From Polyangiaceae bacterium (GTDB lineage: Bacteria > Myxococcota_A > Polyangia > Polyangiales > Polyangiaceae), in assembly GCA_965222375.1 (NCBI GenBank), contig CBDCTZ010000012.1:32001-96000 (forward strand): a DNA stretch of 64,000 bases, in the 5' to 3' direction. Shown here piece by piece: positions 46,078 to 55,842 of the stretch. How positions within the stretch are numbered: the first letter of the stretch is position 1; each line of letters opens with the position of its first letter. A model generated the notes under the pieces. It was not told where the DNA came from and searched no databases. It worked only from the letters and a program-made list of their open reading frames with translations. The position numbers and the translations under genes are program-made.

Positions 46078-49000
46078 GTGATTGCCTTTCTCGTGCGCCA
46101 CCGAGCCAGCGTTCTGTTGGCCATGGTGTGCGTGCTGATCTTCGGCGCCCTCACCTACGCACGCATGCCCCGGGAGGCGAATCCGGACGTTTCGATCCCC
46201 TTCGTCATGGTGACGACGCCCTACGTTGGCGTTTCCCCTGAAGACATCGAGACGCTCGTCACGGTACCGCTCGAAAACGAGCTCACGGGTTTGAAGGACC
46301 TGAAGGAGATGCGCAGCACCTCCGCCGAGGGTGTCAGCATGATCTCCCTCGAGTTCGAACCCGAGGTCGTGATCGAAGACGTGCTGCAGCGGGTTCGCGA
46401 TCGCGTCAGTCGCGCCACCTCGGAGCTGCCCGAGGATGCCGAGGACACCGACGTTCGCGAGATCTCCTTCAGCGACATGCCCATCATGATCTTCACCCTC
46501 GGGGGTCCGATCGACGATGTGCGCCTCAAACGCTACGGCGAGGACTTGCAGGACGAGCTCAAACGCCTGCCGGGCGTGTTGGACGTCACCCTATCCGGAG
46601 GGCGGACACGCCAGATCCGCGTTCAAGTCGATCCCGTCCGCCTCGACCACTACTCGCTTTCCTTGAACGACGTCATCGGCGCCGTATCCAGCGAAAACGT
46701 GAACATTCCTGGCGGGGACGTACGTGCGGACGGTTCTAGTTTCTTGGTTCGAGTTCCGGGCGAAATCGATCAGCCACGCGAACTCGAGGGCGTCGCCATC
46801 AAACGCGTGGGTGACCGGCCCGTGTTCATTCGCGATGTGGCTACGGTCGTCGACGGGTTCGCCGACCAACAGACCTACTCGCGCATGAATCGCGATCCCG
46901 CCATCTCCCTGGCTCTGACCAAGCGCACGGGAGCCAACATCCTGGAAGTCGCGTCCGCGGCCAAAGAGGTCACCGAACGTCACGCGAAGGGCTGGCCGGA
47001 AGGCACGGGGTATCGAGTTCTGGGGGACCAATCTCGCTTCGTCAAAGACATGGTGAGCGAACTCGAGAACAACATCATCGCCGCGCTGATTCTGGTCGTC
47101 GGGGTGGTGATGTTCTTCCTGGGCATCCGCAATAGTCTATTCGTCGCCATAGCGATTCCGCTCAGCATGCTCCTTGGGATGATCGTGCTGAAGATGCTCG
47201 ACACGACGCTGAACATCGTCGTGCTCTTTTCGCTGATCCTCGTTCTGGGAATGCTCGTGGATAACGCCATTGTGTTGGTGGAGAACATCTACCGACACTT
47301 GGAGCAGGGAAAGACCTTGGAGCAGGCTTCGGTCGACGGCGGGAAGGAGGTCGCCACGGCAGTGACTGCGTCGACGCTGACCACAGTCGCTGCGTTCGTT
47401 CCGCTAATGTTTTGGACCGGCATCATGGGTGAGTTCATGGTGTACCTGCCCTTCACGGTGGTGATCGTCCTGGTCAGCTCCCTCGTGGTCGCCGTAGGGA
47501 TCCTTCCGGTATTGACCTCGCGACTCATGAAGAAGCGCGGCAAGACCGCCGACAAGTTGCACCAGCACCCCGTGATGCGGGTCTACCGACGCTTCTTGGT
47601 CTGGTCCCTGGACCACCGCCTGGTGACTGCTGCGCTGACGCTGTTGGTCCTGATCGGTAGCTTCATGGCCTACAGGGAGCTCAACCACGGCACCGAGTTC
47701 TTTCCGGACGTCGAGCCCGACCGCGCCACCATCACCCTTCGCGCACCCGAGGGCACGGATGTCGAAGCCACGGATGCCCTGGTCCGGCGCGTAGAAGACA
47801 TCCTGGCGGCAGAAAAGAACGTCGACGTCTTCGTGTCCGAAGTGGGCGTCGCCGCATCGGACTTCTCCTCTTCCAACGCCGCCAACCAAGCCCGAATTAC
47901 AGCTGACTTCCTGCCCCACGCGACGAAGCTGCACGAGGGAGACACGGCGCGGATCGAAGATCCGCGCCGCACCATCGATCGACTTCGAGACGCGGTCGCC
48001 CTCATCCCCGGCGCAGAAATCAACGTCGACAAGGAGCGGATGGGCCCGCCGGTTGGTGCGGCCATCGCCGTCGAGGTCTCCGGCAAGAACTTTCACGAAG
48101 CCGGGCGGATTGCGACTCGGGTTCGCCGGGAGCTCGCCGAAATTCCCGGAGTGACCGACGTGTCTGACGACTATCGCGTGGGGAGACCCGAGCTGCGCTT
48201 GCAGGTGGACCGGGGTGCGGCCAAGCGAGTCGGCGCTAGCACTCAGGCCGTCGCCATGACCGTTCGCACGGCGTTGACCGGTACCAAGGCCAGCACGTTC
48301 CGAGACGGCGAGGACGAGTACGACATCACCGTGGAAATAGCGCCACGCTTCCGAGACAACATCTCCTCAATTCTGCGGCTACGCATTCCAGGGCGCATCG
48401 ACACCAGCCCGGATACCTTCGCCGTGCCGCTGTCAGCTGTGGCGGACTACAAGTTGGCTGGCGGCAGTGGCTCCGTGCGTCACTTGGCCCAGAAGCCCGT
48501 AGTCACGATTCAGGCCCAAATCGCCGAGGGCTTCAACGAAAACGCCGTGCGTGGCGAGGTCAGCAAGTACATTGCCGCCGCGAAGATGCCGGAAGGCTAC
48601 GCCCTGCGACTTGGCGGCGCCAACGACGAGCAAAAGGAGTCGGAAGCGTTCTTGAGCAACGCCTTCATGATCGCGATTTTCTTGATCGCGCTGGTCTTGG
48701 TCAGTCAGTTCAACCGCTACGATCTGCCGCTGATCATCGTGGCCTCAGTGGTGCTCAGCCTCGTCGGCGTGCTTTGGGGGCTCGTCATCACGGGTACTTC
48801 CTTCGGCGTGATCATGACGGGAGTCGGCGTGATCTCCCTCGCCGGCGTGGTGGTCAACAATGCGATCGTGCTGCTCGACTACGTGGAGCAGCTCAAACGG
48901 GAAGGCATGAGCACTCGCGACGCAGTGGTGGAAGCCGGGATGACACGCTTCCGTCCCGTGCTGCTGACGGCGATCACGACCATCTTGGGGCTCGTGCCGA

Positions 49001-49245
49001 TGGCGATTGGGCTGACCATCGATTTTCAGGAGCAGAAGATGTACCTCGGTAGCCAAACCGGCGCCTGGTGGGGGCCGATGGCGGTAGCCGTGATCTTCGG
49101 GCTCGCCTTCGCCACGGTGTTGACCTTGGTGATCGTGCCCACGCTCTACAGTCTGGTGGATGGCGCGCACACATCCATCGCCGAGTTTCGGCAACGCCTT
49201 CGCGCGTCCCGCTCGGGCGCGCCTCGCGGCGCCGACGCTGAATGA
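46078..49245 (+). CDS. RND efflux permease (AcrB/AcrD/AcrF family)
   Basis: 1055 aa; GMLVDNAIVLVENIYR, GVVVNNAIVLLD, RFRPVLLTAITT. Confidence 0.96.
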   Translation: MIAFLVRHRASVLLAMVCVLIFGALTYARMPREANPDVSIPFVMVTTPYVGVSPEDIETLVTVPLENELTGLKDLKEMRSTSAEGVSMISLEFEPEVVIEDVLQRVRDRVSRATSELPEDAEDTDVREISFSDMPIMIFTLGGPIDDVRLKRYGEDLQDELKRLPGVLDVTLSGGRTRQIRVQVDPVRLDHYSLSLNDVIGAVSSENVNIPGGDVRADGSSFLVRVPGEIDQPRELEGVAIKRVGDRPVFIRDVATVVDGFADQQTYSRMNRDPAISLALTKRTGANILEVASAAKEVTERHAKGWPEGTGYRVLGDQSRFVKDMVSELENNIIAALILVVGVVMFFLGIRNSLFVAIAIPLSMLLGMIVLKMLDTTLNIVVLFSLILVLGMLVDNAIVLVENIYRHLEQGKTLEQASVDGGKEVATAVTASTLTTVAAFVPLMFWTGIMGEFMVYLPFTVVIVLVSSLVVAVGILPVLTSRLMKKRGKTADKLHQHPVMRVYRRFLVWSLDHRLVTAALTLLVLIGSFMAYRELNHGTEFFPDVEPDRATITLRAPEGTDVEATDALVRRVEDILAAEKNVDVFVSEVGVAASDFSSSNAANQARITADFLPHATKLHEGDTARIEDPRRTIDRLRDAVALIPGAEINVDKERMGPPVGAAIAVEVSGKNFHEAGRIATRVRRELAEIPGVTDVSDDYRVGRPELRLQVDRGAAKRVGASTQAVAMTVRTALTGTKASTFRDGEDEYDITVEIAPRFRDNISSILRLRIPGRIDTSPDTFAVPLSAVADYKLAGGSGSVRHLAQKPVVTIQAQIAEGFNENAVRGEVSKYIAAAKMPEGYALRLGGANDEQKESEAFLSNAFMIAIFLIALVLVSQFNRYDLPLIIVASVVLSLVGVLWGLVITGTSFGVIMTGVGVISLAGVVVNNAIVLLDYVEQLKREGMSTRDAVVEAGMTRFRPVLLTAITTILGLVPMAIGLTIDFQEQKMYLGSQTGAWWGPMAVAVIFGLAFATVLTLVIVPTLYSLVDGAHTSIAEFRQRLRASRSGAPRGADAE

Positions 49246-50858
49246 AAGGAAACGCGAACATGACGCTTTTGGACAGCGGTGACACTTCAGCTAGTGACTC
49301 CCGCGGCCCCGCGCACCTGTGGGGAGCGCGCTCCGCTCTCGTGCTGAGAGGGTTGCTGCTCGCAACATCCGTGAGCTTCACTGCATTGGCTCAGCCCGCG
49401 GTCCCGGAGACGGACCCCGAGGCGGACCCCCTGGGACGACCCGAGGCGCAGGAACTCCCCCCCGAGGAGCAGAGCCTCAAGACGATCGCCGAGCGGCTTC
49501 AGAAAGTGTTGGGGCGCGGCGGGGGGCTCACCGCCGACCAGGTCGGGCGGCGTGCGGCTGCCACCAGTTTCGATGTCAAGGCGAAGCTCCAAGAGGTGCG
49601 CGCGGCGGAAGCCGACGTCGATCGCGCAGTGATGGCTTTCGTGCCCAGGCTGACTTTGACCGGGCGCTACACTCGACTGTCCCGAGTCGATGATTCCTCC
49701 GTGGGGCCGGACCAAGGAAGCCTGGTGGGCACGACCGCGCCGCCGGGACCCTTGCCCCCGGGCGCGCCGTTGATCGGCATACCCGCATCGGCCTTCTCGT
49801 TTCCGCAGGTGCTCGACCAATGGCTCTTGAACGCCAACCTGACGGTGCCGATCTCGGACTACGTGCTGTCCACGTCCAAGGCCCACACCGCTGCAAAGAC
49901 ATCGCGCCGCGCGGCAGAGCTCGGGGTCCAGGCCACCAAGCTCCAGGCGGCGGCCAACGCAAAAGTCGCTTACTACGATTGGGTCCGCGCGCGCCTGTCC
50001 GAAGTCGTCGCTAACGAGTCCGCGGCTCAGGCCAAGGCTCAGTTGGACGCTGTGAAGCTATCCCAAACCGCCGGGCGCGCATCCGATGCAGATGTGTTGC
50101 GCGCGGAGGCCGGTCTGGCCAACGCGCGGCTGCTCGAAACTCGCGCCAAGAGCCTGGTGCGAGTAGCGGAAGCCCGCATTCGAGTGGCCATGCACGACCA
50201 GCGCACGCCTCGGTTCGAAATCGGCGAGCAAGTACTCGCCCTGCGCCCCGGTGACGACGAGCGTGGCAGCGTCGAGAGCCTCGTCCGTGAGGCGATCCGA
50301 AAACGCTTGGAGCTACGTGCTCTAGAGCAAACCTCTCGGTCTCTCGAGAAGCAGAGCTCGGTCATACGCTCCACGCAGGTCCCGCGACTCGAAGCCTTCG
50401 GCAACTTCAACTACGCCAACCCCAACGCCCGGGTCTTCCCTCAGGAAAAGAAGTGGCGGTCGACCTGGGACATTGGCGTGCAAGTGATCTGGACGCCCAA
50501 CGACCTGGGCATTGCACCGGCACAGGCTCGAGGCCTCGACGCCCAGCGGGAGCAGGTGCGCTATCAGAAGAAGTCCCTCGAGGACGCGGTGCGACTCGAG
50601 GTCACCCAAGCCCGCTCGGCCCTGACCGAAGCGCGCGCCTCCGTGGAGGCGACCAAGCGCGGCCTGGTGGCCGCCGAGGCGTCCTACAAGGCGCGCAGCA
50701 AGCTGTACCGCTTTGGCCGCGCGACGTCCCTCGAGGTCTTTGACGCCGAGGTCGCGCTGCTGCGTGCGCGCCTATCCTGGATTGACGCCTACGTCGCCCT
50801 GCGGGTGGCTCGGGTCCAGCTTGACCACGCGGTGGGCCGCGACGTCAAGGTTCGCTGA
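49242..50858 (+). CDS. TolC-family outer membrane efflux protein
   Basis: Two OEP repeats, GRATSLEVFDAE, follows the RND permease with ATGA overlap. Confidence 0.9.
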   Translation: MKGNANMTLLDSGDTSASDSRGPAHLWGARSALVLRGLLLATSVSFTALAQPAVPETDPEADPLGRPEAQELPPEEQSLKTIAERLQKVLGRGGGLTADQVGRRAAATSFDVKAKLQEVRAAEADVDRAVMAFVPRLTLTGRYTRLSRVDDSSVGPDQGSLVGTTAPPGPLPPGAPLIGIPASAFSFPQVLDQWLLNANLTVPISDYVLSTSKAHTAAKTSRRAAELGVQATKLQAAANAKVAYYDWVRARLSEVVANESAAQAKAQLDAVKLSQTAGRASDADVLRAEAGLANARLLETRAKSLVRVAEARIRVAMHDQRTPRFEIGEQVLALRPGDDERGSVESLVREAIRKRLELRALEQTSRSLEKQSSVIRSTQVPRLEAFGNFNYANPNARVFPQEKKWRSTWDIGVQVIWTPNDLGIAPAQARGLDAQREQVRYQKKSLEDAVRLEVTQARSALTEARASVEATKRGLVAAEASYKARSKLYRFGRATSLEVFDAEVALLRARLSWIDAYVALRVARVQLDHAVGRDVKVR

Positions 50859-51001
50859 GCGCCGAGCTCAGTTCTTTTTCGCGGGGCACTCCGAAAGCGC
50901 CGGCGGCGGCGGTGGATTCCCGGGAAGCAAGAGCAGATCTTGCCGTCCGTCATTCCGCTTTACTCCGGGAAGCGGCAGTCCATCCCGACTGCAATGAGTT
51001 T

Positions 51002-51895
51002 CTAGGGTTGCCCACCAACTGGAGTCGAAGCGAACAGTTCTTTGGCGAAGTCGGGCGCTTCGGGCATCGCGCCCGGATGCGACGCTACCCAGGCGGCGTA
51101 GCGATTCGCACGCTCGAGCACGGCTAGCGGCTCCAGGCCTCGCGCCAGACCCAGGCCGAGCACCGCCGTGAATGCGTCTCCCGCGCCGACGGCGTCGCCT
51201 CCTGCTGTAGCCGCGACGCCCGCGTCGAATAGTCGCTGGGTCGGCAGATAGAGCTCGGCGCCCTCGGCGCCCCGGGTCACCGCGACAACCCGAGCTTGCC
51301 CGGCTTCGAAGAGCCGGGAGATCACGTCCCGGCACTGCAGCAGCACTGCGAGGTCCTCGCGCTCCTGCTCGTTCATCTTCACGACCTGCGCCGCAAGGAT
51401 GCACCGCTCCACGGCAGATCGCGTCAGGTGAGGCGGGCGCAGGTTCACGTCGCAGACCCGTAGGGGGCCAGGTGCTTGGAGGACCTGCGAGAGTGCGCCC
51501 AGGGCGAGGGGAGTGCGCTGGGCCAAGGTGCCGTAGAACAGGACGTCGGCGTCGGCGATGACCGCCTCGGTGGCCGGCGTCAGCGCGATGCGATCCCAGG
51601 CCGCAACTTGGCTCATGCGAAAGCTCGGTTGATCCCCGACGATTCGGACCTGCACGCTGCCGGTGGGCGCCGAGTCATCGATGCGGACGCAGGACACGTC
51701 GACGCCCCGGGCGCGCATCTGCTCGAGGGCGCGAGTCCCCCGTTCGTCGCGGCCCACGCAGCTGACCAGGCTGGCCTGGGCGCCGAGGGCGCGGGCGTGA
51801 TGGGCGACATTGGCTGCCGCACCTCCCAGTCGGTCGCCATCTGGGAAGCGATCCCAGAGCAACTCGCCCCAACTCACGGCGCGAAGTGGTCCCAT
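51002..51895 (-). CDS. PfkB-family carbohydrate kinase (fructokinase-like)
   Basis: GELLWD, GGAAANVA, DVNLRP, KMNEQE, DAVGAGDAFTA. Confidence 0.92.
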   Translation of the reverse strand: MGPLRAVSWGELLWDRFPDGDRLGGAAANVAHHARALGAQASLVSCVGRDERGTRALEQMRARGVDVSCVRIDDSAPTGSVQVRIVGDQPSFRMSQVAAWDRIALTPATEAVIADADVLFYGTLAQRTPLALGALSQVLQAPGPLRVCDVNLRPPHLTRSAVERCILAAQVVKMNEQEREDLAVLLQCRDVISRLFEAGQARVVAVTRGAEGAELYLPTQRLFDAGVAATAGGDAVGAGDAFTAVLGLGLARGLEPLAVLERANRYAAWVASHPGAMPEAPDFAKELFASTPVGGQP

Positions 51896-51987
51896 CAATG
51901 CCGGAGATCTTCGCGGTTCAGCGTTTCGGGTGCAACGCTTCGGAGCAACTTGTGGAGCGCCCTTGCCTGTGCTTCGCTGCCGCGGCG

Positions 51988-53238
51988 ATGGGCACGCGGG
52001 CAAAAGCCAGGACGTGGCTCGGCCTGCTCGGGCTGTGCAGCCTGGGCTGCGGCGCGCCCGAACCGGCCGAAAACACGGGCGGCACCACGCTGCCCCCGGG
52101 TGCCTGCGGGCGTGGCAGTGTCGTGGTGTCTTCGGACTATCAATCGACCAACGTGTCTCTGGTGGACCTGGACGGCAAGGTGCTCTCAGAGTCCTTTCTG
52201 TCGTCTGGAACCACCGCCGCGGGGCTCTCGGCGCCGCTATCCGGCGACGTGGCCTTGCCTTCTACGAGCGCCAGCGGCGACGAGATCGTCGTCATCGATC
52301 GCTATCCGGCGTCGGTGCTCACCTGGGTCGGCGTTGCGGATGGTCAGGTTCGCGGCCAGCTGTCCGTCAAGACGGGCTTCGCGGCCAACCCCAAAGACTA
52401 TCTGCGTCTCGAAGACGGCCGCGCCTACGTCAGCCGCTTCGAGCCCAACTCGAGCGCAGGCAAGGAGCCCTTCGATGCCGGCGACGACATCGTCGTCTTG
52501 GCCGCGGACCACTCGAAGATCGAAACGCGGCTCGATCTCGCGTCGGCTATGAGCGGTGAGGCGCCTGAGTTCTTCGTGCGCCCCAGTCGAATGCTCGAGG
52601 TCGGTGGTCGAGTGCTCGTGCTCTCTCAGGGCTACACCAAGAGCTATGACGCTGAGGCGCCGTCGCGTCTGATCGCCATCGACCCGAAGACGGACAGCAT
52701 CGAGCGGGTGCTCGTGCTCGACGGCGCGCATGGTTGCATCGCGATGGCGCTCGCACCGGGCGACGCGTTGTTGGCTCTCAGTTGCGCGGGGGAATTCGCA
52801 GGTGGCGACGATCCCAGGCTGGACTCGAGCGCAGTCGTGCTCGTGGACCCGGTGGCTATGAAGGAAGTCCGGCGCTTCGAGGCGCTGAACACTTCCAATG
52901 CGCCTTTTGGTTATGGGATTGGGTTTATGTCGGCTGAGCAGCTCATCGTAACCACCCTCGGCAGAGAGGACATATCTGGTCAGGCATCGCGGCCGGACCG
53001 CGTGCTGAGCTTGCCCGTTGCTGGAGGCCCGGCGACGGAGCTGCTGCGCTCGGACAGGCGCGTGGCCGTGGTGCTCGATGTGCGTTGCTACGCTCAGTGC
53101 GAGCGCTGCTTCGTGACCGACGCGGAGCGCGGCGTATTGCACCACGTCCGGTTGGGGACCGATGGGCAGACCAAAGTGACGGGTTCGAGTCGGGTGGAGC
53201 AGACTATTGGCGAGCCTCGGGCCCTCGGAGCGTTCTGA
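51988..53238 (+). CDS. Hypothetical lipoprotein, probable beta-propeller
   Basis: Lipobox SLGC; repeated beta-rich blades (VVIDR, NPKDY..AYVSR, LIAIDP, VVLVDP). Confidence 0.75.
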   Translation: MGTRAKARTWLGLLGLCSLGCGAPEPAENTGGTTLPPGACGRGSVVVSSDYQSTNVSLVDLDGKVLSESFLSSGTTAAGLSAPLSGDVALPSTSASGDEIVVIDRYPASVLTWVGVADGQVRGQLSVKTGFAANPKDYLRLEDGRAYVSRFEPNSSAGKEPFDAGDDIVVLAADHSKIETRLDLASAMSGEAPEFFVRPSRMLEVGGRVLVLSQGYTKSYDAEAPSRLIAIDPKTDSIERVLVLDGAHGCIAMALAPGDALLALSCAGEFAGGDDPRLDSSAVVLVDPVAMKEVRRFEALNTSNAPFGYGIGFMSAEQLIVTTLGREDISGQASRPDRVLSLPVAGGPATELLRSDRRVAVVLDVRCYAQCERCFVTDAERGVLHHVRLGTDGQTKVTGSSRVEQTIGEPRALGAF

Positions 53239-53609
53239 TGCTCTTCGACGTCGTCGCGATGATCTTCGGGATCCTGTGGTCCATTCGCAAGATGGAGATC
53301 CGGCGCACCTATCGCCCTCCGGAGCTATCCGAGGAGCGCTTCGACCACTGGCAGCGCCGAGCGCTGGCGGCCTACAACCTCGGGATCTTCGTCTGCTTCG
53401 GCAAGATCATCCTCGGCTACACTTTCCAATATGCAGCGGCCCAACTGCAGCTCGCCTGGGCGGCGGTGCGGGTCATGGGCGGGAGCATCTTCTTCCTGTG
53501 GCTGATCGGGCTGGTCTGGAGCGTTGTTTTGGCCCGGCGAGCCCGGATAAGCGGCGCAGCTCTAGGCATCGACAGCCGCATGACAGCGCCCGATCCTCCG
53601 GCCGCCTAG
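53238..53609 (+). CDS. Small membrane protein (about 3 TM)
   Basis: ATG overlaps upstream TGA; hydrophobic segments. Confidence 0.75.
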   Translation: MLFDVVAMIFGILWSIRKMEIRRTYRPPELSEERFDHWQRRALAAYNLGIFVCFGKIILGYTFQYAAAQLQLAWAAVRVMGGSIFFLWLIGLVWSVVLARRARISGAALGIDSRMTAPDPPAA

Positions 53610-53708
53610 AAAAACCCAGTCGTTTTGGCGATTTAGCGGCCCCCAACCGCGAGCAAAAAGAGGCTTCGGAAGGAAGAACCTGCTCAAACGTCCGTATATT
53701 GAGTCGCG

Positions 53709-53873
53709 ATGCGCGAGCCGGAACCTGTGGAGGCCTTAGCAATCATGCTGGCGGGCCTTCTGAATGCCGAGGCCGAGGCTGGGCTGGCTCCGGCGTCCGT
53801 CCGCCGCCAAATCGAGAGCGGCGTGTTTCGCATCGCCCTGCCTGAAGACGACGAATCTCAGCCAGAGACATGA
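53709..53873 (+). CDS. Small 54-aa hypothetical protein (below the ORF-track cutoff)
   Basis: MREPEPVEALAIMLAGLLNAEAEAGLAPASVRRQIESGVFRIALPEDDESQPET; TATATT 8 nt upstream. Confidence 0.5.
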   Translation: MREPEPVEALAIMLAGLLNAEAEAGLAPASVRRQIESGVFRIALPEDDESQPET

Positions 53874-53886
53874 TCCTTTTCATGTC
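53867..53886. promoter_or_regulatory. Crp/Fnr-type inverted repeat upstream of the Fnr-like gene
   Basis: GACATGA-TCCTTT-TCATGTC (TGA-N6-TCA core). Confidence 0.55.
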
Positions 53887-53937
53887 GTGAGTCGACGCTT
53901 CACGGGCAGTGGCTTAGGGTAGCAGCCGAGGTGGAGC

Positions 53938-54588
53938 GTGGATAAAGCCGGAATGCCGTGGCGGTGTCAGACGTGCAAGCTGGGGGCAGCGTCGATTCCC
54001 GAGGAGTGCCCGTTTCATGAGACACGGCGGCCACCAGGCACCGTCCTTCTAGCGGAGGGTGAAAAACCGGATGTGGTTTGGTACCTGAGAAGGGGCCGCG
54101 TCGCCTTGGGCTCCGTTACGGAATCCGGAGCGGACTCGTCCTGCGCGGTACGCGGTCCGGAAACGCTACTAGGGCTGGAGGTCCTGCTCGGGGATCCGGT
54201 TCCGTACCAAGTATGGACGCTGACTGACGTGGTCCTGTGTGCCATCGATGCCGGACAGTTTCGCAGCTGGACCGGCAGTTTGCAGACCCCCATGGGCGCG
54301 GTCCTCGATCTGACCTTGAGAGAAGCTGCCCGCCGCATCGCAGATCGGCAGGCCCTGGAAGGGACGGCGGTGCAGCGCATCGCGCGTTTCCTAGTCGCCA
54401 GCTACGACGCCGGCACGCCGGATGAGCCTCTCGATCTACAACAGCGTGTGATCGCTCGCGTTTTGAGCATGCGTCCTGAGACGCTGTCTCGCGCCATGGC
54501 CAAACTGCGTGAAGAAAACGCTCTTGGTCCTGGGCGTAACGTCAGCATCGCCGACATTGATGCGCTTCGACGCATCGCTTCTTCGTAG
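53938..54588 (+). CDS. Crp/Fnr-family regulator, FNR-like
   Basis: N-terminal CQTC-x10-C plus internal Cys residues; recognition helix RPETLSR. Confidence 0.88.
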   Translation: MDKAGMPWRCQTCKLGAASIPEECPFHETRRPPGTVLLAEGEKPDVVWYLRRGRVALGSVTESGADSSCAVRGPETLLGLEVLLGDPVPYQVWTLTDVVLCAIDAGQFRSWTGSLQTPMGAVLDLTLREAARRIADRQALEGTAVQRIARFLVASYDAGTPDEPLDLQQRVIARVLSMRPETLSRAMAKLREENALGPGRNVSIADIDALRRIASS

Positions 54589-54674
54589 TCCGAAATGCCG
54601 TTGCGCCGGCCGCTCGTGGGGACCCTGATTCTGGCGTTGGCGTTTCGAAAATCGCTCCGCTGCGGCGCGTCAAC

Positions 54675-54688
54675 TTGACGCCCATCAA
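54675..54688. promoter_or_regulatory. FNR box
   Basis: TTGAC-GCCC-ATCAA, 9/10 match to TTGAT-N4-ATCAA. Confidence 0.8.
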
Positions 54689-54714
54689 GGCGCGCGCAGT
54701 CTCGATGTGGGAGT

Positions 54715-54726
54715 GAACGATCGTTC
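54715..54726. promoter_or_regulatory. Perfect palindrome, putative TetR operator
   Basis: GAACGATCGTTC, centred about 39 nt downstream of the FNR box centre. Confidence 0.6.
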
Positions 54727-54761
54727 GTACGGCCACCCGGGGCCGCGATCCAGGAGGGCAG

Positions 54762-55817
54762 ATGGGGATCAAGAGCGAGGCGTTTTTCTTGGAGCAGACC
54801 ACCGCGCCGCTTGCGAAGCGAGAGTTCGAACTCGACTCGCCGAGCGCGACCGACGCCGTCGTCGAGGTGACGGCCTGCGGTTTGTGTCACACGGATCTCG
54901 GATTCGCGCGCGGAGCAGTCGCCCCGCAGCATGCGCTGCCCCTCGTGCTCGGTCACGAGATCGTCGGCACGGTCGTGGAAGCCGGAGACGCGGTGAAGGA
55001 TTGGGTCGGCAAGCGCGTACTCGTTCCCGCGGTGATGCCTTGTGGCGAGTGCGAGTTCTGTCGAGCAGGCCGGGGCAATGCGTGCCCGGGTCAGAAGATG
55101 CCCGGCAACGACATTCACGGCGGCTTTGCGCGCCATGTGGCGGTGCCAGCGCGGTCGATCGTTTCTCTGGAGGACGCGCCGAAGAACGTGAACATCGATG
55201 CACTTTCCGTGGTGGCGGATGCTGTGTCGACGGCGTACCAAGCTGTGGTGCGTGCGGATGTTCGCGAAGGCGACGTCGCGTTCGTCGTTGGTGGCGGTGG
55301 CGTTGGCGGCTATGTCACGCAGATCGCCAAAGCCCTCGGCGCCAAGGTGGTCGTTTGCGATGTGCACCCCGAGCGGCTGAGCGACCTGCCCGCCGACGAG
55401 AAGGTGAATGTGTCTGGGCGCGAGGCCCGAGACGTGCGCAAAGAGCTATTTGGCATGGCCAAAAAGTGGGGCGTGCCCTCGCTGCGTTGGCGCACTTTCG
55501 AGTGCAGCGGCGCCGCGCCGGGTCAGTCCTTGGCCTACACGCTGCTTTCGCGAGCTTCCACACTGATGGTCGTGGGCTTCACCCGCGACCCCGTCAACGT
55601 GCGCTTGAGCAACTTGATGGCTTTCGACGCCACGGTGCATGGAACTTGGGGCTGCCCGGTGGAGGCGTACCCGGCCGTGCTGTCCCTCATCTACGAAGGT
55701 CGCGTTCAGATCGAACCCTTCGTAGAGCGCGGTCCGATGTCGGATCTGAACGATTACTTGGCTGCGCTCGAAGCGCACAAACTCGAAAAACGCATGGTGC
55801 TCAATCCGACCCAATGA
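54762..55817 (+). CDS. had: 6-hydroxycyclohex-1-ene-1-carbonyl-CoA dehydrogenase
   Basis: Zn-ADH motifs CGLCHTD, GHEIVG, PAVMPCGECEFC; QKMPGNDIHGGFA, LSNLMAFDA..GTWGC; cluster context. Confidence 0.93.
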   Translation: MGIKSEAFFLEQTTAPLAKREFELDSPSATDAVVEVTACGLCHTDLGFARGAVAPQHALPLVLGHEIVGTVVEAGDAVKDWVGKRVLVPAVMPCGECEFCRAGRGNACPGQKMPGNDIHGGFARHVAVPARSIVSLEDAPKNVNIDALSVVADAVSTAYQAVVRADVREGDVAFVVGGGGVGGYVTQIAKALGAKVVVCDVHPERLSDLPADEKVNVSGREARDVRKELFGMAKKWGVPSLRWRTFECSGAAPGQSLAYTLLSRASTLMVVGFTRDPVNVRLSNLMAFDATVHGTWGCPVEAYPAVLSLIYEGRVQIEPFVERGPMSDLNDYLAALEAHKLEKRMVLNPTQ

Positions 55818-55842
55818 GGGCGGCGATTCTAGGAGAAAAGTC

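Noticed and set aside
50859..51001. Possible small ORF or RNA between tolC and pfkB
   Set aside because: No credible start or recognisable fold; likely an ordinary convergent spacer
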